Shown here piece after piece: positions 28,957-37,361 of a stretch of DNA of 64,000 bases. Made by a program: the position numbers and the translations under genes. Position 1 is the first letter of the stretch. Every line of letters starts with the position of its first letter. The notes under the pieces are model-generated. The model was not told the DNA's origin, made no database searches, and worked only from the letters and a program-made list of their open reading frames with translations. Source of the DNA: Candidatus Omnitrophota bacterium (GTDB taxonomy: Bacteria > Omnitrophota > Gorgyraeia > Tantalellales > Tantalellaceae); contig JAQUQS010000002.1 in the NCBI GenBank assembly GCA_028715965.1, forward strand, positions 77,368 through 141,367. Direction: 5' to 3'.

Positions 28957-29829
28957 TCAGTAAATCGTCCCTTCCTTGCCGGTAAGGTCGTGGTACGCCG
29001 CGCGCAGGTCTTTAGTGACCTGTCCCGGTTTACCGTCACCGATGACCTTATCCCCGATCTTCACGACCGGTATTATCTCGGCGGCCGTACCCGTAAGGAA
29101 ACATTCCTCGGCGTTATAAAGCGTCTCGGGCTTCATCTCCCGGAACCCCGTGGATATCCCCAGCGATGACGCCAGTTCCATGACGGCTTTCTGCGTTATT
29201 CCCGCGAGCGCCCCCATTTCCGAAGGAGGAGTCGAAAGCACACCGTCCTTTACCGTGAATATATTGTCCCCCGTACATTCCACGACGTAGCCATCAATGC
29301 TGAGCATCAGGGCCTCCATGGTCCCGGCATCTATCGCGTCGATCTTTCCCAGGATGTTGTTCAGGTAGTTCAAGGATTTCACCCGCGGGTCTATGGAAGA
29401 CGGGTGGTTCCTTCTTACTCCCGCTATGATGATCGGCAACCCGTTCTCATAGAACGATTCTGGGTACAACGTGATCTTGTCGGTTATGATAAAGACCGTA
29501 GCCTTCTTGCATTTTCTCGGGTCAAGGCCCAGGTCTCCCACACCACGGGTAACGACAACACGTATATACGCGTCGTTCAGGTCGTTGGCCTTAAGCGTAT
29601 CAAGTATGTGGTCACGCAGTTCCTCTTTAGTATACGGCACATCCAGCCTTATGACCTTAGCCCCCTGGTACAGCCGGTCAAGGTGTTCATCCAGTCTGAA
29701 CACCTTCCTGTTGTACGATCTTATCCCCTCAAAGACACCGTCGCCGTACAAAAGCCCATGATCGAAAACGGACACGACAGCCTTTTCTTTTTCCACTAAC
29801 GCCCCGTTCAAAAAAATCTTAAGCCCCAT
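28957..29829 (-). CDS. ilvE: Branched-chain amino acid aminotransferase (fold-type IV)
   Basis: Class IV aminotransferase motifs (LLYGDGVFEGIR, EcFlTGTAAEI). Confidence 0.75.
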   Translation of the reverse strand: MGLKIFLNGALVEKEKAVVSVFDHGLLYGDGVFEGIRSYNRKVFRLDEHLDRLYQGAKVIRLDVPYTKEELRDHILDTLKANDLNDAYIRVVVTRGVGDLGLDPRKCKKATVFIITDKITLYPESFYENGLPIIIAGVRRNHPSSIDPRVKSLNYLNNILGKIDAIDAGTMEALMLSIDGYVVECTGDNIFTVKDGVLSTPPSEMGALAGITQKAVMELASSLGISTGFREMKPETLYNAEECFLTGTAAEIIPVVKIGDKVIGDGKPGQVTKDLRAAYHDLTGKEGTIY

Positions 29830-29855
29830 ACATTTCCTTTCTTTTCCCGATACTT

Positions 29856-30581
29856 TTACTCTGACCGCCCCGCCGGGACCTTAGTATCCCCCTCTTTGGG
29901 ACACACGTCACCGACAGGCGCCAGTTCACCATCTTTCATCATATATTCCTTATCCACGAACCCATCAGGCACATCCTGATGCGATACTATCACCACACTC
30001 ATGTTCTCCTCTTCGCTCAGTCCCTGGAGCATTCCATATATCACGCCGCTCATCACCGAATCCATGTTCCCGGTAGGTTCATCACAAAAAAGCATAGCGG
30101 GCGAATTTATAAGAGCCCTGGCTATGGCCGTTCTCTGGGCTTCCCCGCCGGATATCTCGGACGGCCTGTGCCTGAGCCTGCCCGTCATCTCGACCGCGTC
30201 GAGAAGTCCTTCCGCCCTTTGTCTTATCCTCCGCGTTCCTATCCCCCTGCTTATGATGGCCGGGAGCATCACGTTCTCGAGCACCGTAAGTTCCGGCAGG
30301 AGATGGTAGAACTGGAACACAAAACCGAATGATCTGTTCCTCTGGCGGCTGCGTTTTGCCTCTCCCATCTTATAAAGGTCTTCTCCGCGAAAAACAACAT
30401 TGCCTTCCGTAGGCCTCATCAGTCCGCCCATCATATGCAATAACGTCGACTTCCCGGCACCCGACCGACCGTGGATGTATACCCTTTCCCCGGCGGAGAT
30501 ATCCATACAGACGCTTTTCACGGCCCTCACGGCGTTCCGTCCCCGGCCGAACCGTTTCTCGACTTTTATCACAGATAACAT
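29856..30581 (-). CDS. lolD: Lipoprotein-release ABC transporter ATP-binding protein
   Basis: Walker A GRSGAGKST, signature ISGGEAQR, and a LolD-like partner for the adjacent FtsX-type permease. Confidence 0.75.
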   Translation of the reverse strand: MLSVIKVEKRFGRGRNAVRAVKSVCMDISAGERVYIHGRSGAGKSTLLHMMGGLMRPTEGNVVFRGEDLYKMGEAKRSRQRNRSFGFVFQFYHLLPELTVLENVMLPAIISRGIGTRRIRQRAEGLLDAVEMTGRLRHRPSEISGGEAQRTAIARALINSPAMLFCDEPTGNMDSVMSGVIYGMLQGLSEEENMSVVIVSHQDVPDGFVDKEYMMKDGELAPVGDVCPKEGDTKVPAGRSE

Positions 30582-30599
30582 TCCGTCTCCGTTCGATCA

Positions 30600-31811
30600 T
30601 CACTCATATCTTATGGCGTCCACGGGATCCAGCCTGGCGGCTTTCCATGCCGGATATAATCCCGCGCAAAGCGTAAGGGCAAGAGCCACTGTTATTATAG
30701 CCGTAACATCCGGCATACTTATCCTGGACGGTATCTCCGTAAAGTAATATACATCGCTCGGAAAGAACGTCCAGCCGGTGATATCCTCTATGAACTTCGC
30801 GGCGGCGTTTATGTTATCCGAAAGAGCTACCCCGGCCACACCGCCAACCATGACGCCCAATACACCGATGATGGCCCCTTCCACCAGGAATATCAGTCCT
30901 ATACCGCGCGGGTTAGCCCCGAGGGCCCTGAGTATCCCTATATCCCGGGTTTTTTCCATGACCATCATCATCAGCGACCCCGCTATATTGAAACACGCCA
31001 CTGTTATTATGAGCGTAAGGATTATGAACATCATTTTCTTTTCCAGGGCCACGGCCTTCACGAGATTGGAATCCATATCCATCCAGCTCTTTATCACATA
31101 GGTCCTGCCAAGCGCGTCCTGGAGCGAATCCCTCGCGTAGTTGGCCTTCATCTCGTCTTCCACCCTGAACCCGACACCGGAGACCCGGTCCCCCATGCGA
31201 AAAAGTTCCTGCGCCTCCCTGAGCGGCACTATCGCCATATTCGCGTCGTAGTCATACCTGCCGGAAGAGAACACCCCACTGACCTCGAGCTTTACTTTCT
31301 CCATATCGACAGGGGAATACGGCACCATGAGCTCGATAGTATCGCCGACGTTTATGTCCATGTCCCGCATAAGCTCCCTACCCAGGATTATGGCCCCGTC
31401 CGACATGGCCCCGGTGGAATTGCCGGTGAACTCCACGAGCTTCGTGACCCGGGCCTCTTCGGCGGGATCTATCCCCTTCAGGAGTATCCCGGATACGGCC
31501 TTGTCCTTGCGAAGGACCGCCTGGCCCGTGACGAACCCAGCGTGATCCAGAACGCCTTTACTGTTCTTCAGTACCTCGAAAACATCGTCACCCGGAGAGA
31601 TCCCTCCCTGCTTGAGGACCATACCGTGCGCGTAAGTCCCGATTATCTTGTCGCGTATCTCCAGGTCAAATCCGTTCATCACCGAGATAACGGTTATAAG
31701 CGCCGCGACCCCCAGCGCGACTCCCAGCACGGATATCATCCCTATGAAAGAGATCATACCCTCCTTCTTCCTCGAGAAAAAATACCTGATGGCTATGAAA
31801 AGCGGCCACAT
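30600..31811 (-). CDS. lolC: LolC/LolE-family lipoprotein-release permease (FtsX/MacB-like)
   Basis: N-terminal TM helix, a large periplasmic domain, and three C-terminal TM helices of the FtsX type. Adjacent to lolD. Confidence 0.75.
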   Translation of the reverse strand: MWPLFIAIRYFFSRKKEGMISFIGMISVLGVALGVAALITVISVMNGFDLEIRDKIIGTYAHGMVLKQGGISPGDDVFEVLKNSKGVLDHAGFVTGQAVLRKDKAVSGILLKGIDPAEEARVTKLVEFTGNSTGAMSDGAIILGRELMRDMDINVGDTIELMVPYSPVDMEKVKLEVSGVFSSGRYDYDANMAIVPLREAQELFRMGDRVSGVGFRVEDEMKANYARDSLQDALGRTYVIKSWMDMDSNLVKAVALEKKMMFIILTLIITVACFNIAGSLMMMVMEKTRDIGILRALGANPRGIGLIFLVEGAIIGVLGVMVGGVAGVALSDNINAAAKFIEDITGWTFFPSDVYYFTEIPSRISMPDVTAIITVALALTLCAGLYPAWKAARLDPVDAIRYE

Positions 31812-31843
31812 ATGGTCTACCGGTCCTCCGTGTCGTTACATGG

Positions 31844-33286
31844 TCATTCCGGCCGCATATGAGGGAAGAAGATGACTTCCCTGATATTCGCCGAATCCGT
31901 TAATATCATCGCCAGGCGGTCCAGGCCGATACCGAGACCCCCCGCCGGCGGCATACCGTACTCAAGGGCGCGTATGAAATCCTCATCCACCATGGCGTCA
32001 GGGTCGGCCTGGGCCTGTTCCTCGAACCTGCGCCTCTGGTCCATAGGATCGTTGAGCTCGGAATACGCGTTCGCTATCTCCATGCCGCCTACATACAGCT
32101 CGAACCTGTCCACAATACCGGGTGACCCTTTTTTCTCCTTGGCCAGCGGACTTATCTCTTTGAACATATCCACGACGAATACCGGGTGGTTCTCCGCCTG
32201 GGGCTCCACCATCTCTCCCACTATATTTATGATCTGTGTCTTACTTACCTTTTCGCCCTCTATCGCTATGCCTTTGGCCTTCAGCTTCTTCACCCAGTCC
32301 TGCAAGCTGTCCTCGACCTTTATGCCGAAATTGGTCTCCATGAGTTCCGCGAAAGACACTTTTTTCCAGACCGAAAGATCTATCTCCTTACCCTGGTACA
32401 TCAATTTCTCGCCGCCTGTTATGGCCCTTGCCGCCGACCTCACCAGCTCTTCGGTCAATCTCATCATGCCTTCACAGTCGGAATAAGCCTCGTACACTTC
32501 CATCATGGTGAATTCGGGATTATGCCTGGCGGAGATGCCTTCGTTCCTGAAACAACGGTTTATCTCGAATATCTTCTCAAACCCGCCGACAAGGAGTTTT
32601 TTCAGGTATATCTCCGGGGCTATCCTTAGGTACAGGTCCATATCCAGCGCCTCGTGATGCGTCTTGAAAGGTTTTCCCGCGGCCCCGCCCGGTATGGGGT
32701 GCATCATGGGCGTCTCGACCTCAAAGAATCCCCGCTTCGCCAGTTCTTCCCTTATGTGTTGTATCAACCTGAGCCGCGCCTTGAACTTCTCACGGGTATC
32801 GTCATTGACGATAAGGTCAAGGTACCTTTGACGGTACTTCGTTTCCACGTCCTTAAGCCCATGCCATTTCTCTGGCAGGGGAAGAAGTGACTTCGAGAGA
32901 AGCTTATACTCGGTCACCTGTACCGTGTCTTCCCCCGTACGCGTACGGAAAAGCTGTCCTTTAACCCCGACTATATCCCCTATATCGAACTTTTTCGACA
33001 CTTCGAACGCGCCATCTCCCACTATATCCTTGCGTAGATACGCCTGTATCCTGCCAGTGAAGTCCTTTATATCGAGAAAAGCGCTTTTTCCATGCTCTCG
33101 CCGGGCCATTATCCTGCCGGCCACGCTTACTTCACGCCCTTCCTCGAACGCCTGTTTGACCACGGATATGCTTTCCATGCCCTTCATGCTCTCCATGAAA
33201 GGATCAATACCGGATTCTTTTATCTTGTTAAGGTTTATGTGCCTCTGTTCTATCAGCTCATTACGTTCTTCTATGCGTTCTTCCAT
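31844..33286 (-). CDS. lysS: Lysyl-tRNA synthetase (class II)
   Basis: N-terminal OB-fold anticodon-binding domain plus class II motifs 1-3 (FRNEGIS; GGLGIGLDRL). Confidence 0.9.
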   Translation of the reverse strand: MEERIEERNELIEQRHINLNKIKESGIDPFMESMKGMESISVVKQAFEEGREVSVAGRIMARREHGKSAFLDIKDFTGRIQAYLRKDIVGDGAFEVSKKFDIGDIVGVKGQLFRTRTGEDTVQVTEYKLLSKSLLPLPEKWHGLKDVETKYRQRYLDLIVNDDTREKFKARLRLIQHIREELAKRGFFEVETPMMHPIPGGAAGKPFKTHHEALDMDLYLRIAPEIYLKKLLVGGFEKIFEINRCFRNEGISARHNPEFTMMEVYEAYSDCEGMMRLTEELVRSAARAITGGEKLMYQGKEIDLSVWKKVSFAELMETNFGIKVEDSLQDWVKKLKAKGIAIEGEKVSKTQIINIVGEMVEPQAENHPVFVVDMFKEISPLAKEKKGSPGIVDRFELYVGGMEIANAYSELNDPMDQRRRFEEQAQADPDAMVDEDFIRALEYGMPPAGGLGIGLDRLAMILTDSANIREVIFFPHMRPE

Positions 33287-33374
33287 AGATACACCTTTAC
33301 CCCTCTTTTCGCTAATATGTATTTATAATTATAATTTTAATAAGTCGAGCGGAAAATAATATATATGTAGTTGG

Positions 33375-33403
33375 ATTATAACTATAATACTCCCGCATGT
33401 CAA
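33375..33403 (-). promoter_or_regulatory. Consensus sigma70 promoter for lysS
   Basis: Minus strand TTGACA-N17-TATAAT. The -35 reverse complement is at 33398-33403 and the -10 at 33375-33380. An AT-rich leader of about 80 nt follows, with AGAGGGGTAAAGGTG as SD. Confidence 0.55.
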
Positions 33404-33505
33404 ACATATTAAGACCTTTATGGTAGTTCTCGCGGGTTATCCGGGCTTCACCTGAAGGGGGGGGCTACGCTTGGTTCCCGGTAAGCTGCTGGTATAGAAG
33501 AACGT

Positions 33506-36500
33506 TTACGCCTTGATTTCTATCTCACGCTCATGCCTGTCATACCTTCTGGACATCTTTTCGATCATATCCCTGTCTATCGGCACAAGCTCCACGGGGA
33601 ACTTCCTGAACCCCGGGTTCTCGCCGCCAAAAGCCTCTTTTACGGCTTCATCTATTACCTTGACGATATCAATATCCATGCAATAGGCCGGAGGTATCTT
33701 TTCAGGCACTTCGAGCTCGGCGAAGAACGCGCCGGGAGCGTCTTTCTGTTCCCGAAGAGGAGTGAACTCCCCGGCCCTGAGCACCCTGCCATCTCCCACG
33801 ACTATCATGTTCCTCAAAGGATTACGGGCGCGGTCCTTACGGTTCCTTTCGATGAGGGTGCCAGCCAATGCCGGGCCTTTATCCACGACCGTCACCACAT
33901 TGGTAAGACCTTTTTTCCTCCACACTCCTTCCCACCATGACTGGTTCGTCAATTTTCCCATACTGGCAAGTTCCGCCGGTGGTATCCAACTGGTATCTAT
34001 GCCTATAACTATGTTCTCGCCTTTTTCCGTCCTTGCGTACGCGTCCTCCGCGGCCGCGAAAACGCGCATCATCATGCCTCTTACACGTTCGGTATCGGCG
34101 TCGGGCTCGTCGGTAACGGCTTCCGCGGACTTATCTGCTGCGGCTGACACCCTATCCTGGACGGGTTCGCCCGTTCTCCTTCGGACCTCGTCTATAGCTA
34201 TCTCATATATGCGCCTGCGGGGCAATCTTGCGGTATCCCTGCCGGCGTCCCTTTCATCCTGGCCGAACACCAAAGCGCATCCCCTGATGATCTTATCCAG
34301 GTCCACGATCCTTTCCCTCGTGCTGAACGCCTTTTTGCCCCGCCTTATCTCCCCGAAATCCGACACATGCCTTATGTTCCCATCAGCGCAAAGCTTGAAA
34401 TTCCCTATATGCATCTCCGTATGCAATTTTCCGTCGTCGGCCTTCCTGAGCCCGTAATACCCGCTGTCGTGCATGTTCTCACATATCTCGAACACCTGCC
34501 GTACCATTCTTTCGGTAAAAGCGGCCGGGTCCATCCCCATACGTCCGGCGTAATATTTAAGATGTTCGGGACCGACATTGTCGAGTCTTACACCGTCATG
34601 ATATTCGTATACGATCATCCGGAAAGGTTTATCCGCGGTGTATTCAATATCGCCTTCCCACGCGTAATTCCTATAGGTCCCCGGCGGCAGGTCGACCACG
34701 CACACAACCCTTTCCACCCCTGACCGTTCACCGTAAGAACGCCACAGGTCCCGTGCTATATCGAAATTCGCGTACTGTATGTTCTGCCTCTGGTGCCCGG
34801 CCTCACCGGGTATCTTAAGCTCCAGGCTGAAAATACCGTTCGTAGCTATGTGCCGGCGGAACGACTGCGTGAACGACGTCCACCTGCATCCCGCCATTTC
34901 CCTGAAAAGACCTTTTCTCTCAGAATATGTGAGCGGCGTGTCCTCGGCAGTTTCCATGAGGTCATGTACCAGCGCGTACTCATAATATCCCATACCGGGC
35001 TTACGCGCGGCGAAAAGCGGGGCTAAAAGTCCGGCCACGCTGTCCTTCGTTGCCAGGGCCCTCAAAAGGCCCGGGAACTCCATTCGCATGAACGCGGAAG
35101 ACGCTGTGTCGAAGAACTCTATCACGACTTCTTGTGAACCGGTAACGGCCAGGCGCGTATCCTCGCTGGACCGTGCCTCTTCCACGGGAGGAGATAATGC
35201 CGTGATGACCGCCGGCAGGGCGGTCTTGATCCTGTCCTCATATTCCGGGCCAAGGTTGACCAGCCTGCCTTCGCGTATATGTTCGTTATGCAGGTACGTT
35301 CTATAAGCGACAAGGAACGGATGTTCCGTACCGTTGCTTTCCTCCAGTTCCCTCAGTTCATGTACGCGTTCCCTCAGTCTTTCCGGGGTAACCTCCTCAG
35401 GAGCGGTCTTAAAATGTATCCGCACGGCATCACGGAACAGGTCCCTCCCGTCCCGGAGAGAAAGCGTCCGCATCATTTCATCGTGATCCCCGCATACTAC
35501 ACGACCCTCATAAGCCAGATCGAACTGCCCGTAAGAAGCGTCCACCAGGAGCGCGGGGTGCTGCCCAGTGCCGTCATACACTGCCACCCAGTGGTGTGTT
35601 ATGATGCGTCCCGGAGCGTAAAAGGCGCCCGGCACCACTTCTATGCGCGCGCCTTTTTCTCCCCCTATGGGAAGACCGGATACATTCGAAAGCGCCAACG
35701 CCATTAATTTCGACGCGGCCACGCACCTCTGGCCGTTGGTCTCGGTAAAACCGTATCTTTCCAGTTCGGCATATATTTCCCGTGTATGTTTCGAAATGAT
35801 ATCAATGATGGACGCGGCAACGTTCCCGCTATCCGTGGAAGACACCTCATCCGGAATGTCCGCCGCTTCCCTGCCGAGTTCCTCTATCTTCCTGTTGTCG
35901 AACTTGTCCGTACCCAGGATGCTTATCGTCCCGTCATCGGCTATTTCGAGATAAAGCACTATGTTATATTCCCCGCGTATTACTCCCCTGGAACGACCGG
36001 CCAGGCGGTGTCTTATGTTAGAGGCAAGTTTCTCGTACGTCCCCGCGTCCAGCGCGTATCCCGTAGCCTCCACGCTTGTGGGCGCCTCTCCCATATCAAC
36101 CACGTTTATCCTCGACATGCCGCTTACCGGCCGCATTATCCTGACCCCGGTCGAGAACGTTTTAAGTGACATATACGCGAAAAGGTATAACATCTCCGGA
36201 AGGTCGGCAAGCGACGGCTGCACATATACCCCGCCCTCACCCCTGGGGCCGTGAACAACGTCATAAATGCTTACCCGCTCCGTAGCGCGTTCCGTACTTC
36301 CCGTCGCCCGGGTCCTGGCCACACGCGCCGGCCTGGGAGCCAGCTTGGGTTCGGTGATAACACGTACCCGGTCACTGCTGCCAGCCTTCCTCGATATTTT
36401 GCCCCGGGCCTCGACCGGGTCATCTTCCGCCAGGTAATATCTAAGAAGACATCCGGCCCCATCCTCTCCGTCGTACGGGATAAGCACCGTCTTCCCTTCC

Positions 36501-36883
36501 TTACGCAATCCGTCGATGTTATAACCGAATCTGTGTTCTCCGGGAAAAGCTCTATTGATCATTCCCTTGAGGATATATGGCGGTCTCCTCACGCCATGCT
36601 TTTCCAGTACACGTGCTATACGCGACTCCACACTTTCCCCGCCCCACTTTTCCCTGAAAACCTGTCTGGCGGCATCTGTCATTTCCGGGGTCCCGTCCAC
36701 TTCGAGACGCGTGCCCCGGTCTGTTACAACAGCTATCGGGGTGTCAGTACGTATGTTAGGCGACAATGACATGTTCCCGGCATAAGACACACTTATCCCG
36801 GGTGCGACCTGTGAAGTTTCCGTCAGGATGGATATGGACATCACAACGGAAATGATGGTTTTTCTTAATGTTATATGCGCCAT
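33506..36883 (-). CDS. Large secreted or membrane-anchored multidomain protein of unknown function (transglutaminase-like cysteine-protease motif set plus a kinase-like motif)
   Basis: The 1125-aa ORF has an N-terminal signal or anchor (TIISVVMSISILTETSQVAPG). A C...H...D set (GQRCVAASKLMALAL ... ITHHWVAVYDG ... LLVDASYGQFD) resembles the transglutaminase-like or papain-fold triad. LHTEMHIGNFKLCADGNIRHVSDFGEIRRG resembles a catalytic HxGN ... DFG loop. The gene has its own promoter and is flanked by AT-rich intergenic regions. Confidence 0.7.
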   Translation of the reverse strand: MAHITLRKTIISVVMSISILTETSQVAPGISVSYAGNMSLSPNIRTDTPIAVVTDRGTRLEVDGTPEMTDAARQVFREKWGGESVESRIARVLEKHGVRRPPYILKGMINRAFPGEHRFGYNIDGLRKEGKTVLIPYDGEDGAGCLLRYYLAEDDPVEARGKISRKAGSSDRVRVITEPKLAPRPARVARTRATGSTERATERVSIYDVVHGPRGEGGVYVQPSLADLPEMLYLFAYMSLKTFSTGVRIMRPVSGMSRINVVDMGEAPTSVEATGYALDAGTYEKLASNIRHRLAGRSRGVIRGEYNIVLYLEIADDGTISILGTDKFDNRKIEELGREAADIPDEVSSTDSGNVAASIIDIISKHTREIYAELERYGFTETNGQRCVAASKLMALALSNVSGLPIGGEKGARIEVVPGAFYAPGRIITHHWVAVYDGTGQHPALLVDASYGQFDLAYEGRVVCGDHDEMMRTLSLRDGRDLFRDAVRIHFKTAPEEVTPERLRERVHELRELEESNGTEHPFLVAYRTYLHNEHIREGRLVNLGPEYEDRIKTALPAVITALSPPVEEARSSEDTRLAVTGSQEVVIEFFDTASSAFMRMEFPGLLRALATKDSVAGLLAPLFAARKPGMGYYEYALVHDLMETAEDTPLTYSERKGLFREMAGCRWTSFTQSFRRHIATNGIFSLELKIPGEAGHQRQNIQYANFDIARDLWRSYGERSGVERVVCVVDLPPGTYRNYAWEGDIEYTADKPFRMIVYEYHDGVRLDNVGPEHLKYYAGRMGMDPAAFTERMVRQVFEICENMHDSGYYGLRKADDGKLHTEMHIGNFKLCADGNIRHVSDFGEIRRGKKAFSTRERIVDLDKIIRGCALVFGQDERDAGRDTARLPRRRIYEIAIDEVRRRTGEPVQDRVSAAADKSAEAVTDEPDADTERVRGMMMRVFAAAEDAYARTEKGENIVIGIDTSWIPPAELASMGKLTNQSWWEGVWRKKGLTNVVTVVDKGPALAGTLIERNRKDRARNPLRNMIVVGDGRVLRAGEFTPLREQKDAPGAFFAELEVPEKIPPAYCMDIDIVKVIDEAVKEAFGGENPGFRKFPVELVPIDRDMIEKMSRRYDRHEREIEIKA

Positions 36884-36917
36884 ATATTATTGTGGTCCGG
36901 AATTATAATAATTTTGA

Positions 36918-36947
36918 ATTATACCATAAGAAAGTTAGTTAGGTCAA
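36918..36947 (-). promoter_or_regulatory. Sigma70-like promoter for the 1125-aa protein gene
   Basis: Minus strand TTGACC-N18-TATAAT. The -35 reverse complement is at 36942-36947 and the -10 at 36918-36923. It lies about 35 nt upstream of the ATG at 36883. Confidence 0.5.
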
Positions 36948-36987
36948 TGGAGATCTATATCGTCGGTACGGACAGCTGTGTGACCGT

Positions 36988-37018
36988 AAAAAAAAAGGGA
37001 GGGTTTTAAACCCTCCCC
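36988..37018 (-). terminator. Rho-independent terminator of the small basic protein gene
   Basis: Minus strand GGGAGGGTTTAAAACCCTCCC (perfect 7-bp GC stem) is followed by TTTTTTTTT. It lies 25 nt after the stop of the 37043..37315 gene. Confidence 0.85.
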
Positions 37019-37042
37019 TTCGTACATGTTTTCCGCAAGACC

Positions 37043-37315
37043 TTACTTCTTTTTAGGTGACACCTTTTTCGTCTTGGTGACAGCCTTCTTCTTCGCGGCC
37101 TTGGCCGTTTTCTTGATAAGGTCCCTTATCTCAACGACGTTCAGCTTCTTGAGTTTCTTCTCTTCCATCCCCGACGCTACCAATCTCTTCTTCTGCGCTT
37201 TTATGCGCTGTCTTTTCTTGGCACCCGTCTTTTTGGGCCTGGTCCTGTAATTTTTACGGGGTTTCATCTGTATATCCTCCCTGTTGGACTTAATTACCGA
37301 TAACGAATAGTTCAA
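37043..37315 (-). CDS. Small lysine-rich basic protein (Rho_N / histone-H1-like DNA- or RNA-binding motif)
   Basis: The 74-90-aa product is about 35% Lys/Arg. The core LKKLNVVEIRDLIKKTAKAAKKKAVTKTKK resembles the Rho-N/SAP-like motif L..L.V.ELR.LAK found in H1-like bacterial nucleoid proteins. The probable start is MKPRKNYRTR. A strong terminator lies immediately downstream. Confidence 0.55.
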   Translation of the reverse strand: MNYSLSVIKSNREDIQMKPRKNYRTRPKKTGAKKRQRIKAQKKRLVASGMEEKKLKKLNVVEIRDLIKKTAKAAKKKAVTKTKKVSPKKK

Positions 37316-37361
37316 TTATTATACATAAAACACCGTTGTTTGCAACTTATTTGTTGCCACC

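Noticed and set aside
33287-33374. T-box riboswitch for lysS
   Set aside because: The leader from the predicted TSS is only about 80 nt, and no AAUUAGGGUGGNACCGCG-like T-box sequence is present.
33420-33505. Possible tRNA or small RNA in the GC-rich segment upstream of the lysS promoter
   Set aside because: No T-loop (GTTCRANYC) or D-loop signatures and no cloverleaf could be drawn. It is more likely a hairpin or protein-binding element.
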